Assembly (NCBI RefSeq): GCF_006345805.1
Contig: NW_021833863.1
Location: 1-53,928, forward strand
Direction of reading: 5' to 3'
Source: Octopus sinensis
Taxonomy: Eukaryota
Length of the DNA stretch: 53,928 bases
Made by a program: the position numbers and the translations under genes. Below are positions 37,191-50,881 of the stretch, one piece after another. Under the pieces are notes generated by a model. That model saw nothing but the letters and a program-made list of their open reading frames with translations, was not told the DNA's origin and ran no database searches. Position 1 is the stretch's first letter. Each line of letters begins with the position of its first letter.

Positions 37191-37755
37191 TTGGGTTGTC
37201 CGGAAAGTTCGTGCCGATTTATACTAGCTTACCTTTCGACTTATTTAAGAACATGGTTGAGCCCAAAAAATAGGATTTGACTACACCTCCATTTAGAGCA
37301 CAGTTTAAGCTATCTTTTCGTGGAAGAAGGTTTATGTTCCTATAACCTGTGTTAATTTAGTAACCCTTTAAAATGAAGGATAATAAAGTTCATTTTCGGC
37401 ACTTGATGCTTTGGGAACCAGACAAAAATTGCTGCAGCTCGGCTGGGATGTGTTACCCACACTCCATATTCACCATATATTGCTCCTTCGGATTTCCACT
37501 TATTCAGGTCTCTGCAGAATAGTCTTAATGGTAAAAAATTCAATTTCTTGAATTACGTAAAAAGATACCTTGATAAATTCTTTGCCATGAAACCCTCTCA
37601 ATTCTGGGAAGAGAGTATTTTCAAGGTAAAGGAAAGATGGAGACGTATTGTGCAACAAAATGGTTCATATTTGGTTGATTAAAAATGTAATGGCAAGTAT
37701 TTATTGACCTTTTTCTTTCCTTAAAAAATCGGCACGAACTTTCCGGACAACACAA
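37191..37755 (+). mobile_element. Internally deleted mariner (565 bp)
   Basis: TA|TTGGGTTGTCCGGAAAGTTCGTGCCGATTT ... AAATCGGCACGAACTTTCCGGACAACACAA|TA. MKDNKVHFRHLMLWE is fused to TRQKLLQLGWDVLP..YSPYIAPSDFHLFRSLQNSLNGKKF...WRRIVQQNGSYLVD*. Confidence 0.92.
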
Positions 37756-37829
37756 TATATAACTTAGAGTCACTACTCACATCTAAAACTAAAATTAGTT
37801 TATTCAGTATCAAATTGGTTTAAATTGCT

Positions 37830-38205
37830 CGGAAGGATCTCAGGTGTGACATTACTCGGCAGGGTATGTAGCTCGGAGATCTGGAGTGTCTCCAGGTTGA
37901 GCTGCATTGAGAGCCGAATTGAGAGGTCATAGCCAAGGTGGTACGAACATGTGGTTAGAATGTCTCTGGAAATGTTCGCAAGACAGGTTTTTCAAGCTGA
38001 ATCAAACGGTAGACAGACCGGTAGGGGTAGACAGACTACGAGCGAGATGGTTAGATAATATCCAGAGACACATTTGAGGATCCAGCTGGGGAGTGTATCG
38101 GCGGTTGCTTGTAAATGAACTCAATGGAGGAGGTGACTGAGGACTCAATCCGACCATGACAATACCCCGCCCTCAGGAATAATGAGTGGTGAAAATGGAT
38201 TGATA
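37830..38205 (+). mobile_element. Decayed RTE-clade LINE 3' fragment
   Basis: RIERS*PRWYEHVVRMSLEMFARQVF...R.RWLDNI (frameshifted), and a 3' end CCGCCCTCAGGAATAATGAGTGGTGAAAATGGATTGATAG like Rex3/Expander tails. Confidence 0.7.
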
Positions 38206-38730
38206 GCTAGACGTTAGTATTAACGCCTTCCTCAAAGTCCGACTCTTGACCTCATCGTGGTGGGAAGGTTAAACGAGAGAGTGTCAGGGCTATGCCGTCG
38301 GGGACTTCGATTCCCTGGTAGTGTTACCCAAGGCGGACAGATCTGACACCGTCGATGCTAGGGCCGCAACCCGCCTAACTTGATGTCAATGGTGAATTTC
38401 AGGTGGCGTCTGTTCCGGAATCTGGCTGCTTCCCGTGGCGTTGGATCGCGTCCGTGGGCATCTTGCGGCGAGAAGGCGTAAGACGAAGACGACCTGCCAC
38501 CGTGTAGGACAGCTTACGGATACATACGGGAACTGTTTTTGTAGGCTCTGATCATGCCTTCAAACTCCTATGAACTCACATCGAACTCAAAAGAAGTCGC
38601 CTTAATCCCTCCCAGGTGGATACCATTACAAGTGAAAGAAGAAGAGGTTAGTATTAGCATAATTAATATAGGAAGCTTCAAAAAAGGTAACTAGAAAGCA
38701 TTTTACCGTAAAACAAACAAAAGAACAACC

Positions 38731-38934
38731 AATGGACGAGCTGGAAAAATCATTTGCGCGGCGGCCAAATTGCTTAGCGGTATTTCGTGCAACTTTACGT
38801 TCTGAGTTCAAATTCCGCCGAGGTCGACTTTGCATTTCATCCCTTCGGGTCGATAAAATAAGAACTATTTGAGCACTGGGGTTGATGTAATCGACTTACC
38901 TGCTTCCTCCAAATTACTCGCATTTTACCAAAAT
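38731..38934 (+). mobile_element. SINE-A, tail type 1
   Basis: Diverged full copy abutting SINE-B. Confidence 0.8.
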
Positions 38935-39311
38935 AGGCGCAGGAGTGGCTGTTTGGTAAGTAGCTTGCTTACTAACCACATGGTTCCGGGTTAAGACCCA
39001 CTGCGTGGCACCTTGGGCAAGTGTCTTCTACTATAGCCTCGGGCCGACCAAAGGCTTGTGAGTGGATTTGGTAGACGGAAACTCAAAGAAGCCCGTCAAA
39101 TATATATATATACAGACGCCATGATAGATCGTTAGCCACTACACACATTTTCTCTCTCCTTGTTTCTCTCCTTGTTTTCTTTGTCCCTTTCTGTAGAAGA
39201 GCGTAGGCTCGAAACGTAAAAGACTTTTTCTATTCCTGAGCGTTATACTAATACATCTGTTTGTTTTGTCCACCACTTGTCTTCGTCTTTTGTATTTTTT
39301 TCGTAAACTCT

Positions 39312-39377
<66 letters not shown>

Positions 39378-39583
39378 ATATGTTTGTGTGTCTGTTTGTC
39401 CCCCTAACACCGCTTGACAACCGATGCTGGTGTGTTTACGTCCCGTAACTTAGCGGCTCGGCAAAACAGACCGATAGAAAAAGTACTAGGCTTACAAAGA
39501 ATAAGTCCTGGGATCGATTTGCTCGACTAAAGGCGGTGCTCCAGTATGGCCACAGTCAAAAATGACTGAAACAAGTAAAAGAG
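38935..39583 (+). mobile_element. SINE-B split in its (TA)n tract by a family-2 insertion (39117-39315)
   Basis: Both SINE halves are intact and colinear, with the insert between TA runs. Confidence 0.9.
39187..39222 (+). ncRNA. Dimer-only minimal hammerhead variant (A6U)
   Basis: Stem I CUUU/AAAG; CUGUAGA plus A; stem II GAGC-GUAG-GCUC; GAAA; palindrome ACGU; triplet GUA. Confidence 0.55.
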
Positions 39584-40044
39584 AGAGTAAAAAAGTAATA
39601 TTAACCAATGGGTATTTTAATTATTTTAGAAAACAAGGCAATTTTTGGTCTTTTTACGACCTCATTAGAGAAACATTTACTTCACCGTACTTGCAGATGG
39701 CGTAATAGAAAAACTCACAAAATAAATGGGTGAGATTATTTACTTGTTTCTATTAAAACATCACCAAGATATGTATTTGTTATTTGTTAAGTTCTGGTGG
39801 TTTATATAATCATCTATTCTCTTCTCCATCCTTTGTTGCTTTGTGCAAACCAAAGAGAGAAATTTTTGATGGCCGATTCTCCGTCAGCTTCAACGATGAG
39901 CATATTAATGCACGTTAATCACCGGGCTTCCATTCAGTTTCTTTCTAGACAATTTCTCCTATAAGACTAGGATAGAATGAACGTTATAATTAAAGATACT
40001 TGTCCGAGATGGCATGGAGTAAGACTAACTCAAAACCACACGAT

Positions 40045-40461
40045 AAGGCGGCGAGCTGGCAGAAACGTTAGCACGCCGGGCGAAATGCTTAGCGGTATTT
40101 CGTCTGCCGTTACGTTCTGAGTTCAAATTCCGGCGAGGTCGATTTTGCCTTTCATCCTTTCAGGGTCGATAAATTAAGTACCAGTTACGCTCTGGGGTCG
40201 ATGTAATCGACTTAATCCGTTTGTCTGTCCTTGTTTGTCCCCTCGGTGTTTAGGCCCTTGTGGGTAGTAAAGAAATAAATATTTCATCTGCCGTTACGTT
40301 CTGAGTTCAAATTCCACTGAAGTCAACTTTGCCTTTCATCCTTTCGGGGTCGATAAATTAAGTACCAGTTACGCTCTGGGGTCGATATAATCGACTTAAT
40401 CCGTTTGTTTGTCCTTGTTTGTTCCCTCTATGTTTAACCCCTTGTGGGCAATAAAGAAATA
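40045..40461 (+). mobile_element. SINE-A dimer, tail type 2
   Basis: Units 40045-40277 and 40278-40461. Confidence 0.92.
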
Positions 40462-41726
40462 AGATTACAAAAGAAACCTGTCCACCACCCGGCCATGCCT
40501 ACGTCTTGAGATCTCTACTATCTACATGACAATGAAACATCGTTTAATTAATATTTTCTGAAGTCATAATGAATAGCATAAATTGGAACTCTGGAGGGGT
40601 TCAATTTGAGGCTATACTATTCTACAGAATATATGTCGATATAAAGAGTAATCAATCAGATCAATTTTAATTCTATGTGGAGTTTTCATCATCGGTCGAG
40701 TAAATTCTTTAATTGTTTACTGAAGCATTTCTCATAAACACTCTCAATAAGGTCTAAAGTAAAACGGATACTTCGATTTACATGTATACAATGAGATTGT
40801 GAATAAAATTTTATACGTATTTATTATATACAATGTTGACTAAAATTTATAGACATATTCTGGTATAGTAAAATATATCATTAAAAAATCAATGTATAAA
40901 ACATAGTCAACGCATCAGTAATTTCTTAATCGGACTATTTGTTAAAAATACTCGCTGTAATATGCGTCAAGTGGATTGCCCAATTTATTGAAGCCGTGAG
41001 CGATAATGGCTTTGAGGCAGGGTCTCTATCCGTGGGTAGTTAAAAAGTATGCTTCGTTATTAACGAAATCTCAGCACAAGACTAAAATCTGTCTTTTTTC
41101 TCTCCACGAAATTATACATAAATATACGCATATATATTATTTTAATCCCAAGAAGTTAGAAAATGCCCTCGCCATCCACTGGGGCAACAACTCTTCTATT
41201 TTGTCTGCTGCAGTCATGAGACTTAAGGAAATTATACGTTCCACTTCTTAGATACTTAGATCCTTGCAATAATTTATTACGTAATAAACCGATAAATAAG
41301 CCAAGGAAAAGTGGTTTCAACAGTGAAACTTGAAGTCAATAATGTTATAAATAATAGCGTGTAAATACTGGGTTTAAAAAATCTCTGGATAAGAATTATC
41401 GAAGGCCCTGGGACTCGATCCCACATTTGTAAACACAACAGATATTCCACGAGAAACCTTACATTTTCCCCATCCCACGTGATGGTGGGGGATAACTCAA
41501 TGTTTGTACGCTTTTATCTATAACTTCACTTTGAGTTCCACCGTTAAAAAAGCAACATTTATACATACATGCATGCATACATACATACATATGTATGCGT
41601 ATATGTGTGCGTGTGTGTGTATGTAGTCACACACATTTCTATATATATATTTATACGTCTGAATTCATATATATATATATATATACATATGTGAGTGTAT
41701 ATATATATATATATAATATATATATA

Positions 41727-41768
<42 letters not shown>

Positions 41769-42327
41769 TGAATACATACACATACGCACGCACTCAAAAT
41801 ATTATTTAAATTTGTCTATAAATAAAGTGTTGTCTAAAATCTATAGATGTATTCTGTAATACAGAATACTTCAGTAGATTTAAGACAACACTGTTAACGC
41901 ATCAGTAATTTGAGTTCTGTCTGAATATGTTGTTTGATGTGTGTGATATATAATTGATGTTAGTTGAGAATGGTTAATGATCAAAAGTGTTCCAACCGTC
42001 AACACCGAACCATTTTCAGCCAGTGCTATTCTCTAGTACAACATCATTCATTTATGTCTTCTTCTAAGACCGTCAGATATGCTTTGGCTGCTATATCGAG
42101 CTGGTCGAGCGATCATGTAGAAGCTTTATAGTTAGTAGAGAAAGTGTTGATGCTGCAAATGTTGGTATGGATGATAGTTTATCTCATGTTTTTGATAGAG
42201 CTGTTGCTTGTAATGTTGATAGGGATAGTTTCTCATATTGGTGAAACTTATAACGATGGTTTTAAACAGTAATGTTGTGCTTTAGTGGTGATGTTGATAG
42301 TTGAGGGATTGCTAGTAGTAGTGGAGC

Positions 42328-42693
42328 GGAGGCGCAGTGGTTAGGGCAGCGGACTCGTTGTCTTAGGATCGCAGTTTCGATTCCCAGACCAGGCGTTCTG
42401 AGTGTTTATTGAGCGAAAACACCCAAAGTTCCATGAGGCTCCGGCAGGGGGTGGTGGTGAACCTTGCTGTACTCTTTCGCCACAACTTTCTCTCACTCTT
42501 TCTGCCTGTTTCTGTTGAACCTGTATTTCAAAAGGCCAGCATTGTCACACTCTGTGTCACGCTGAATCTCCCCGAGAACTACGTTGAGGCTACACGTGTC
42601 TGTGGAGTGCTCAGCCACTTGCACGTTAATTTCACGAGCAGGCTGTTCCGTTGATCAGATCAACTGGAACCTCGTCGTCTTAACCAACGGAGT

Positions 42694-42695
<2 letters not shown>
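42328..42695 (+). mobile_element. SINE-C
   Basis: Colinear with the other two copies; followed by (CT)n. Confidence 0.9.
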
Positions 42696-42736
<41 letters not shown>

Positions 42737-43225
42737 AGTATTGGTAGAGCTAGTAGTACTGGTTGTGCATCTATTGTTTGAGTTCTTGTTGTTTAGCTAT
42801 GAATACCTGGAACATAAATCTCATCGAATAGACTTATGTTCAGGTTTTTACCATGGTGCCTTACTTTGTTCCACCGTATAAACTGAACACAAGACGGCAA
42901 CGTGATTCTTTTTCTGAAGATATTAGGGTGTGATTTGAGGGAAATTTGACTACCATTTCTAGCTGATTGGGCAACCATTTAAAAACTATATCATTGGTTC
43001 GGAAAATGTGATATTATTGCTAGTACTTCTAGCAGATCGTTGATCAGCAAGGGGTCCTCTCCTTAATTTGAGGCCCTCTCGTTGATAATGTCCATGGTGG
43101 TGTTGATGGCATCGCTGAAAGTATTTTTGGTAGAAATGATAATAATCGTTAGGTTTATGAATTCGCTTTGCAAGATTCCTGAAGTGAAATCGTGTATTGA
43201 AACAGATATTGTTGTATTTTGAGAT

Positions 43226-43587
43226 TTTTTTTACTTGTTTCAGTCATTTGACTGTGGCCCTACTGGAGCGCAGCATGTAGCCGAGCAAGTCGACCCCAGG
43301 ACTTATTCTTCGTAAGCCTAGTACTTATTCTATCGGTCTCTTTTGCCGAACCGCTAGGTTACGGGGACGTAAACACACTAGCATCGGTTGTCAAGCAGTG
43401 TTGGAGGGACAAACACAGACACATAAGCGTATACACACATAATATATATACATATATACGACGGGCTTATTTCGGTTTCCGTCCACCAAATCCACCCACA
43501 AGGTTTTAATCGGCTCGAGGCTATAGTAGAAGACACTTGCCCACGTAGTGGGTCTGAACCTGGAACCACACAGCCACTCCTACGCCT
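43226..43587 (-). mobile_element. SINE-B with small deletions
   Basis: Modular sequence. Confidence 0.85.
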
Positions 43588-44429
43588 ATGGTAATTTTTT
43601 TTTTTTTACCAAATAAACACACGTACTATATATTTTATCTTCACTCGTTTAACGCACACTAAAGCGAAAACTGTTGCGGAAGAGGTCACAGGTGCGTGAC
43701 GAAAGATTTCCAGACAATGGACATGAGTTAAAATAGAATAAGAACAGCAATAAACGAGTGAAGACAAAATATATAGTGCGTGTGCTTATTTGACATTAAA
43801 AAAATGACCGTCCCGAAATACATCAATATGATAGTAGTTGCTTGTTTTGTTAGTCTTAGCGTTTGTTCGTTGTTGTTGAGTTATGTTCGACAGTGAGATA
43901 TTCTTCGCTACCATCAGTGGTACTTGTAATAGAGATGATGGTGTGAGTGGTATTGGTCGGATGTTTACACCCTCTTCGGTAGTAACCTGATCTCATCCTT
44001 CTTCCACTCTCTCTTTCTCTCTGTCCACTGACACTTTCCAGTTCTCCACCCAACTCTTGGATTAACGACTCTCCTCCCTTCTCAGCCCTTTCTGGATAAT
44101 TGATTTACGGAAGAGCCTTCAATGTATGCAATGATTTATAGTCTAATTCAGTTACATCCTCTTCCTTTTATGCTACCTCCTACTCCACCACCTCTTCCTG
44201 CTCTGTCTCCTCTGCCTACCTCTCGTCCCCATTGTCTACCAATAGATCCAAACTTGTTGCTATGACTCACCACCATATTGATTATTTCATGGCACCATCA
44301 TCTCCAAGGCCCACCTCCGCTCGCCGCCCTCGCCGCCCTCGCCTTGATCTGGTAACAGAACCAACCGCACAGTTGAAAGTCTCTTATAACCAAATCCTTC
44401 ATGAATTGCCAAGCTAACACACTCACACA

Positions 44430-45902
<1,473 letters not shown>

Positions 45903-46344
45903 CTGACTTGACTGCTTATCGGTCTGTAGCCTTTCATTCCCGTGAAAACACTACCACCCAACTACAACTAAGACTTACCACAACCGCAACAAATACTACA
46001 ACACAAAGGAGACATTGCAACTTCAAAATATCTGTCATAGTTAACACCACACCGCTTGCACGCCGGTGGAGCTCACTTTAACCCTCATCACCATCACTAG
46101 TCCTATAATCTTAAAACTCCCAGAACACGAGCTTTTGAGAGAGAGAGCTTATAACGTTGTCTTGTACGTTCGATAAGCGATTAGCGAGAAATACCATCAA
46201 AACCTCCTTTAAGTCACGCCTACCAAGTTAATACTAAATCAAAACAGGAGATGGTCACGGCTGGATTGCCAGTGATTGTATGTTTACTGGATCAAGATTG
46301 GGCTAAGCTACAGAGACTCATACGCATTAAAGCAACAGCCCTAA

Positions 46345-46470
46345 TGCCACCACCACCACCACCACCACCACCACTACTACTACAGCCGCTGCTACTACTG
46401 CTGCTGCTGCTGCTGCCAATACTACTACTACTACTACTACTACTAATGCCGCTACTGCTGCTGCTGCCAA

Positions 46471-46506
<36 letters not shown>

Positions 46507-46934
46507 AACTACTACTAGTACTACTAGTACTACTACTACTACTGCTGCTACTGCTACTACAACTACTACTACTAATGCCGCTACTGCTGCTGCTGCCAAT
46601 ATTACTACTACTACTACGACTACTACTACAACAACTACTACTACTACTACTATTACTACTGCTGCTGCCTCTGCAAATAGCCCAACAGCATACGATCCGA
46701 ACACTACAACTACCACCACCACTCAAACCTTCACTACAGGGGCACCATGACAATAATTACCACCACCACCACCATCGCCACCACCAGCATCACTAGACCC
46801 CCCCCCCCCCCACATTAGCACCAGCGCCGGTACCATCACCACTTCCACCACCACTTAGTACACGGTCGCTGCTACTACTACGACTAACTACTACCTTCAC
46901 CACCACCGCTAATACTACTACTACTAAAACCACC

Positions 46935-46983
<49 letters not shown>
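46345..46983. repeat. (ACC/ACT/GCT)n compound repeat with a higher-order unit
   Basis: CCGCT(G/A)CT..GCTGCTGCTGCCAATA recurs three times (~46387, 46449, 46578). Confidence 0.9.
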
Positions 46984-46984
<1 letters not shown>

Positions 46985-47425
46985 ATAATTTATAAGGCTA
47001 TTTCCTTGTCAGCCTTTGGGCTAGCTTCCGGTTGTCCGCATTACCTTGAAGTTGATAAATTTTCTCTTTTCAGTATTTTGTCTTTTGTTTAATTTCTGAA
47101 GACCTTTCCTTCATTGTATATTTTATTTGTTCTTTCCCTTTCCTTTTTCCTTCTTTTTCTCTCTTTCTCTCTCTCTTTCTTTTTCTTTTTTGCTCTGCTT
47201 TTTTTTTACTGTCCTTCTACATGTCCTCCTTTTGTCTTTCGCCCTCGAGTTTTGTCTTCACTCACGCTTGTATGTGTATCCGTTTATGTACACACATAGA
47301 CGAATGCATTTAACGTTCGCACTTCAATGCCTAACATCATTGTTTTTTTTTTTATTTTGTGCTGTTTTATTATTTTTCAATTAGTTATGAGTTTCAAAAT
47401 GTTATCAACTTTTCATTTTAACATT

Positions 47426-47830
47426 ACTTTACTCTTTTACTTGTTTCAGTCATTTGACTGTGGCCATGCTGGAGCACCGCCTTTAGTCGAGCAAATCGAC
47501 CCCGGGACTTATTCTTTGTAAGCCCAGTACTTATTCTATCGGTCTCTTTTTGCCGAACCGCTAAGTGACGAGGACGTAAACACACCAGCATTGGTTGTCA
47601 AGGAATGCTAGGGAGACAAACACTGACAAACACACACACACACATAAATATATATATACATATATACGACAGGCTTCTTTCAGTTTCCGTCTACCAAATC
47701 CACTCACAAGGCATTGGTCGGTCCGGGGCTATAGCAGAAGACACTTGCCCAAGATGCCACGCAGTGGGACTGAACCCGGAACCATGTGGTTGGTTAGCAA
47801 GCTACTTACCACACAGCCACTCCTGCGCCT
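47426..47830 (-). mobile_element. SINE-B
   Basis: Near-consensus full copy. Confidence 0.92.
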
Positions 47831-47961
47831 ATTCGGGGAATTATAAAATTTATACCCGTTATATACTGGAATTGATTCAATGGCTATTAACCATTCCTTG
47901 AAATCTGTAATTCTTATTCCAAGTAAAGAAATTATTGACGCTTGCATTCCTCTTTTTTTTG

Positions 47962-48008
<47 letters not shown>

Positions 48009-48009
48009 G

Positions 48010-49142
48010 CAGTCGTGGATCAAAAAGAGGCCGAGGAAGGGCGAATGGCACCGCGAGTGTCGCGTTGCTCTCAAGCAACTCTGCCGTCCTGGGTCGACCT
48101 TAAGTGACTTCAACACAACCAAAGCATTCTATAGGGGTTTAGTGGAGGGGAGGTACGACGACGAGCTCGGGGCGAACCTGGACGTCGACGAGGAGTACCT
48201 GACCCGCCTGTTCGGGACGACTTTCGGGCCAGGGCCCATGGACAACTTCCAGAGATCCCTGGCCTGGCAGTGCTACCGAGAAGCGCTACCCGTTCGGGAT
48301 AAGCTCTACAGACACGGCTCGAGAAACACGGGGCCGACCTGCCCGAGATGCGGTCAGAGCGACGAAACCGTTCTGCACGCACTCGTTCAGTGTCCAACAA
48401 TTTCCGACCTGTGGGCTTATGTCGAACAACTGCTGTCACGTGTTGGACGAGTCGGTTTATCAGCTGAGTCTATCGTCAATATTGTCACGCCTCCTTCCTT
48501 CAAACGGGAAGGAAGAGCTATTTTCATCATCCTTGTGGCTATGGCGAAAGAATGTATCTGGTGGACGCGTCTGAAAGGATTGGAGACAAACACTTTCCTC
48601 TCTGGTCAATCTCTCATCAACTTCTTCAATACCACTTGAAAAGGAAAGTGAGAGTAGAGAGGCAAGTTTTGTCTAGCGAATGTTTTAAAAAAGATGGGTG
48701 AATGTAGCAAGAATGGCACGTATGAATGACGAAGCCACCTTGAGCATAGTCCTATGAACCCAGAAATCGAAAACAGAGACTTGCTTATTTGCAAAAAAAA
48801 AAAAAAAAAAAAAAGAATATAAAATGTGACTTCATTGACCGAGGTTACCGTGGTCTTTTCCGTAGGCTTTTCTTTCCACGGGTAAACCTCACCTGTCCTC
48901 CCCTTTACACTTCATATTGACATTTCTGTGATAACGATCCCTATTGATCAATTTTTTTTTCTCTCCCCCTTTTTTTTTTTTTTTAACACCCCCTTTCTTT
49001 TGTCCTCTTTCTCTCCTTTTACGATCCTTTTGATCGAAACTCCCCCTTCCTTTTTTTTTTTTTTTTTTAACCTTCAAAAGAAAAGCTCTACCTTGTAATT
49101 TGTTCTATCTGTGTGCAGCCCTGTGTGGCTAATAAAGAAACA

Positions 49143-49143
<1 letters not shown>
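48010..49143 (+). mobile_element. 5'-truncated Tx1/L1-clade LINE (ORF2 C-terminal zinc-knuckle region plus 3' UTR)
   Basis: FQRSLAWQCYREALPVRDKL...CPRCGQSDETVLHALVQCP (CCHC knuckle)...IWWTR. One frameshift near 48630, stop near 48755, A/T-run-rich 3' UTR ending AATAAAGAAACAT; (TCTA)n on both sides. Confidence 0.85.
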
Positions 49144-49225
<82 letters not shown>

Positions 49226-49417
49226 GCATGTATTTATGTATTTATGTATGTATGTACGTACGTATGTATATATGTAACTGTCTGTCTGTATGTCTTTCTG
49301 TTTGTGTCTCTCTTTCTCTCTAAGCTATCTCTCCATTTTATCCGCCTGCCTACCTACAAACCTACCTACCTACTTACCTGCCTATCTATCTATCTATCTA
49401 TCTATCATCTATCTATC

Positions 49418-49449
<32 letters not shown>

Positions 49450-49462
49450 ATCTATCTATCTA

Positions 49463-49493
<31 letters not shown>

Positions 49494-49502
49494 GCCTGTC
49501 TG
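49143..49502. repeat. (TCTA)n/(TCTG)n/(TACC)n microsatellites
   Basis: Direct reading. Confidence 0.9.
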
Positions 49503-49764
49503 TATAATAATCAGGTGATTGGAAGTATATTTAATGCTTTTGAACATTAAAATATTATAAAGTAGGATCAAAAAGAACTGAAACAGATGCTATTGGTTGA
49601 TAACTAACATTATTGTTTTTTTCTTTTTATCAATACGTGAGAGTGGAAACTTAAAATGTTTATTAATTTCGTTTAAACTCCTACAGTGGCATGATTTTAA
49701 TACAAATCTCACCGTGGAATTCGTATAGATAACATGTACTCTAGCCACCAAGTAGATTACAGCG

Positions 49765-50390
49765 AGCCGCTCTCCGGCTATCTATATGGAGCTTTATATA
49801 GCTATGGTGCGACCTCACCTGGAATTTGCATCACCGGTCTGGAACCCCTATCTCGCCCAGGATATTAATCGTCTGGAAACCGTGCAACCAAGAGAATATC
49901 CTCCATCAGGCATTTGCCATATTCTGAACGTCTTACTTCTCTGGGCATGGATACATTGAAACTCCGACGTCTGGCAGCTGACTTAGCAGACACCCATCAA
50001 ATTATTAACCATCTTATAAACAATATCTCTGAGCATCTTTTTAAACTCCACCTGTCTAGCACCCGTGGACATGTTTACAAAGTCAGAAAACAGCACAGCT
50101 CCCATGACTTTCGGAAACATTTTTTTTCACGCTAAGAGTTGCTGAAGTATGGAAGAAACTGCCGGCATCAGTTGTTAGTCGTCGGAGCACTGCATCCTTC
50201 AAAATTTCCATGCTTCCGGCGACACTACACCTGATTTTCTCCCCTCCATGCACACGCAAGCATGTATCTGACTCATATACTGTTCACTTTCCAGACATTT
50301 GTACATTACTGCATATGCTTTATACGCACTTTTGACAAGTTGTGGTGCACCTGAGCATTGTATACAATAATTTCATTATAATTATTATTA
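49765..50390 (+). mobile_element. 5'-truncated CR1-clade LINE 3' fragment
   Basis: LYIAMVRPHLEFASPVWNPYLAQDINRLETVQ...LPYSERLTSLGMDTLKLRRLAADL...STRGHVYKVRK...RKHFF..RVAEVWKKLP, then a 3' UTR ending in (ATT)n. Confidence 0.9.
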
Positions 50391-50881
50391 CTCCGTCGTC
50401 CATTACAGAGCATATGATATTAATTTAAAACATAAAGTTTCAAATGATGGTTTATTAAACATGCTATTTTTAATTATTTGATTTAATAAACATACAATGA
50501 TTTTGCCTCGCATTTTGTTTCTCCGCTAACGGAAAAGAGAAATCAACCTGACTAGTTCCTATTCTACTTAGAACTACATCCGAGGAAGAATATCTAGGTT
50601 CCGAGTAGCTGATAGCTTTATAAGTGTGTACAAGCCATACAAGCTAGAACTCGGCTGAATTGCTTTATCTCATTTGCATTACTGTGCACGACTTGATAAC
50701 ATAGATTAATTAATGCTTAGAGCTATATAGAATTTAATAGATAATCTAGAAGGTAAATATATACATGTTTAAAAAATTAACTATACAGTATTAGCATGGG
50801 CGGGGGGAATTGTGAAAAAGCAAACGCAATGACTTCACCACAGGTATTTTTTCTCTGTAGAAATAAACCCTAAAAGGGTAT

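Noticed and set aside
47935-48639. The 234-aa ORF as a host gene
   Set aside because: Its N-terminus is (TCTA)n and the remainder is a Tx1/L1 ORF2 C-terminus with a frameshift
48793-48813. A-run as the poly(A) end of the Tx1 element
   Set aside because: The element-like 3' UTR continues to about 49143, where the SINE-shared tail and the (TCTA)n junction lie
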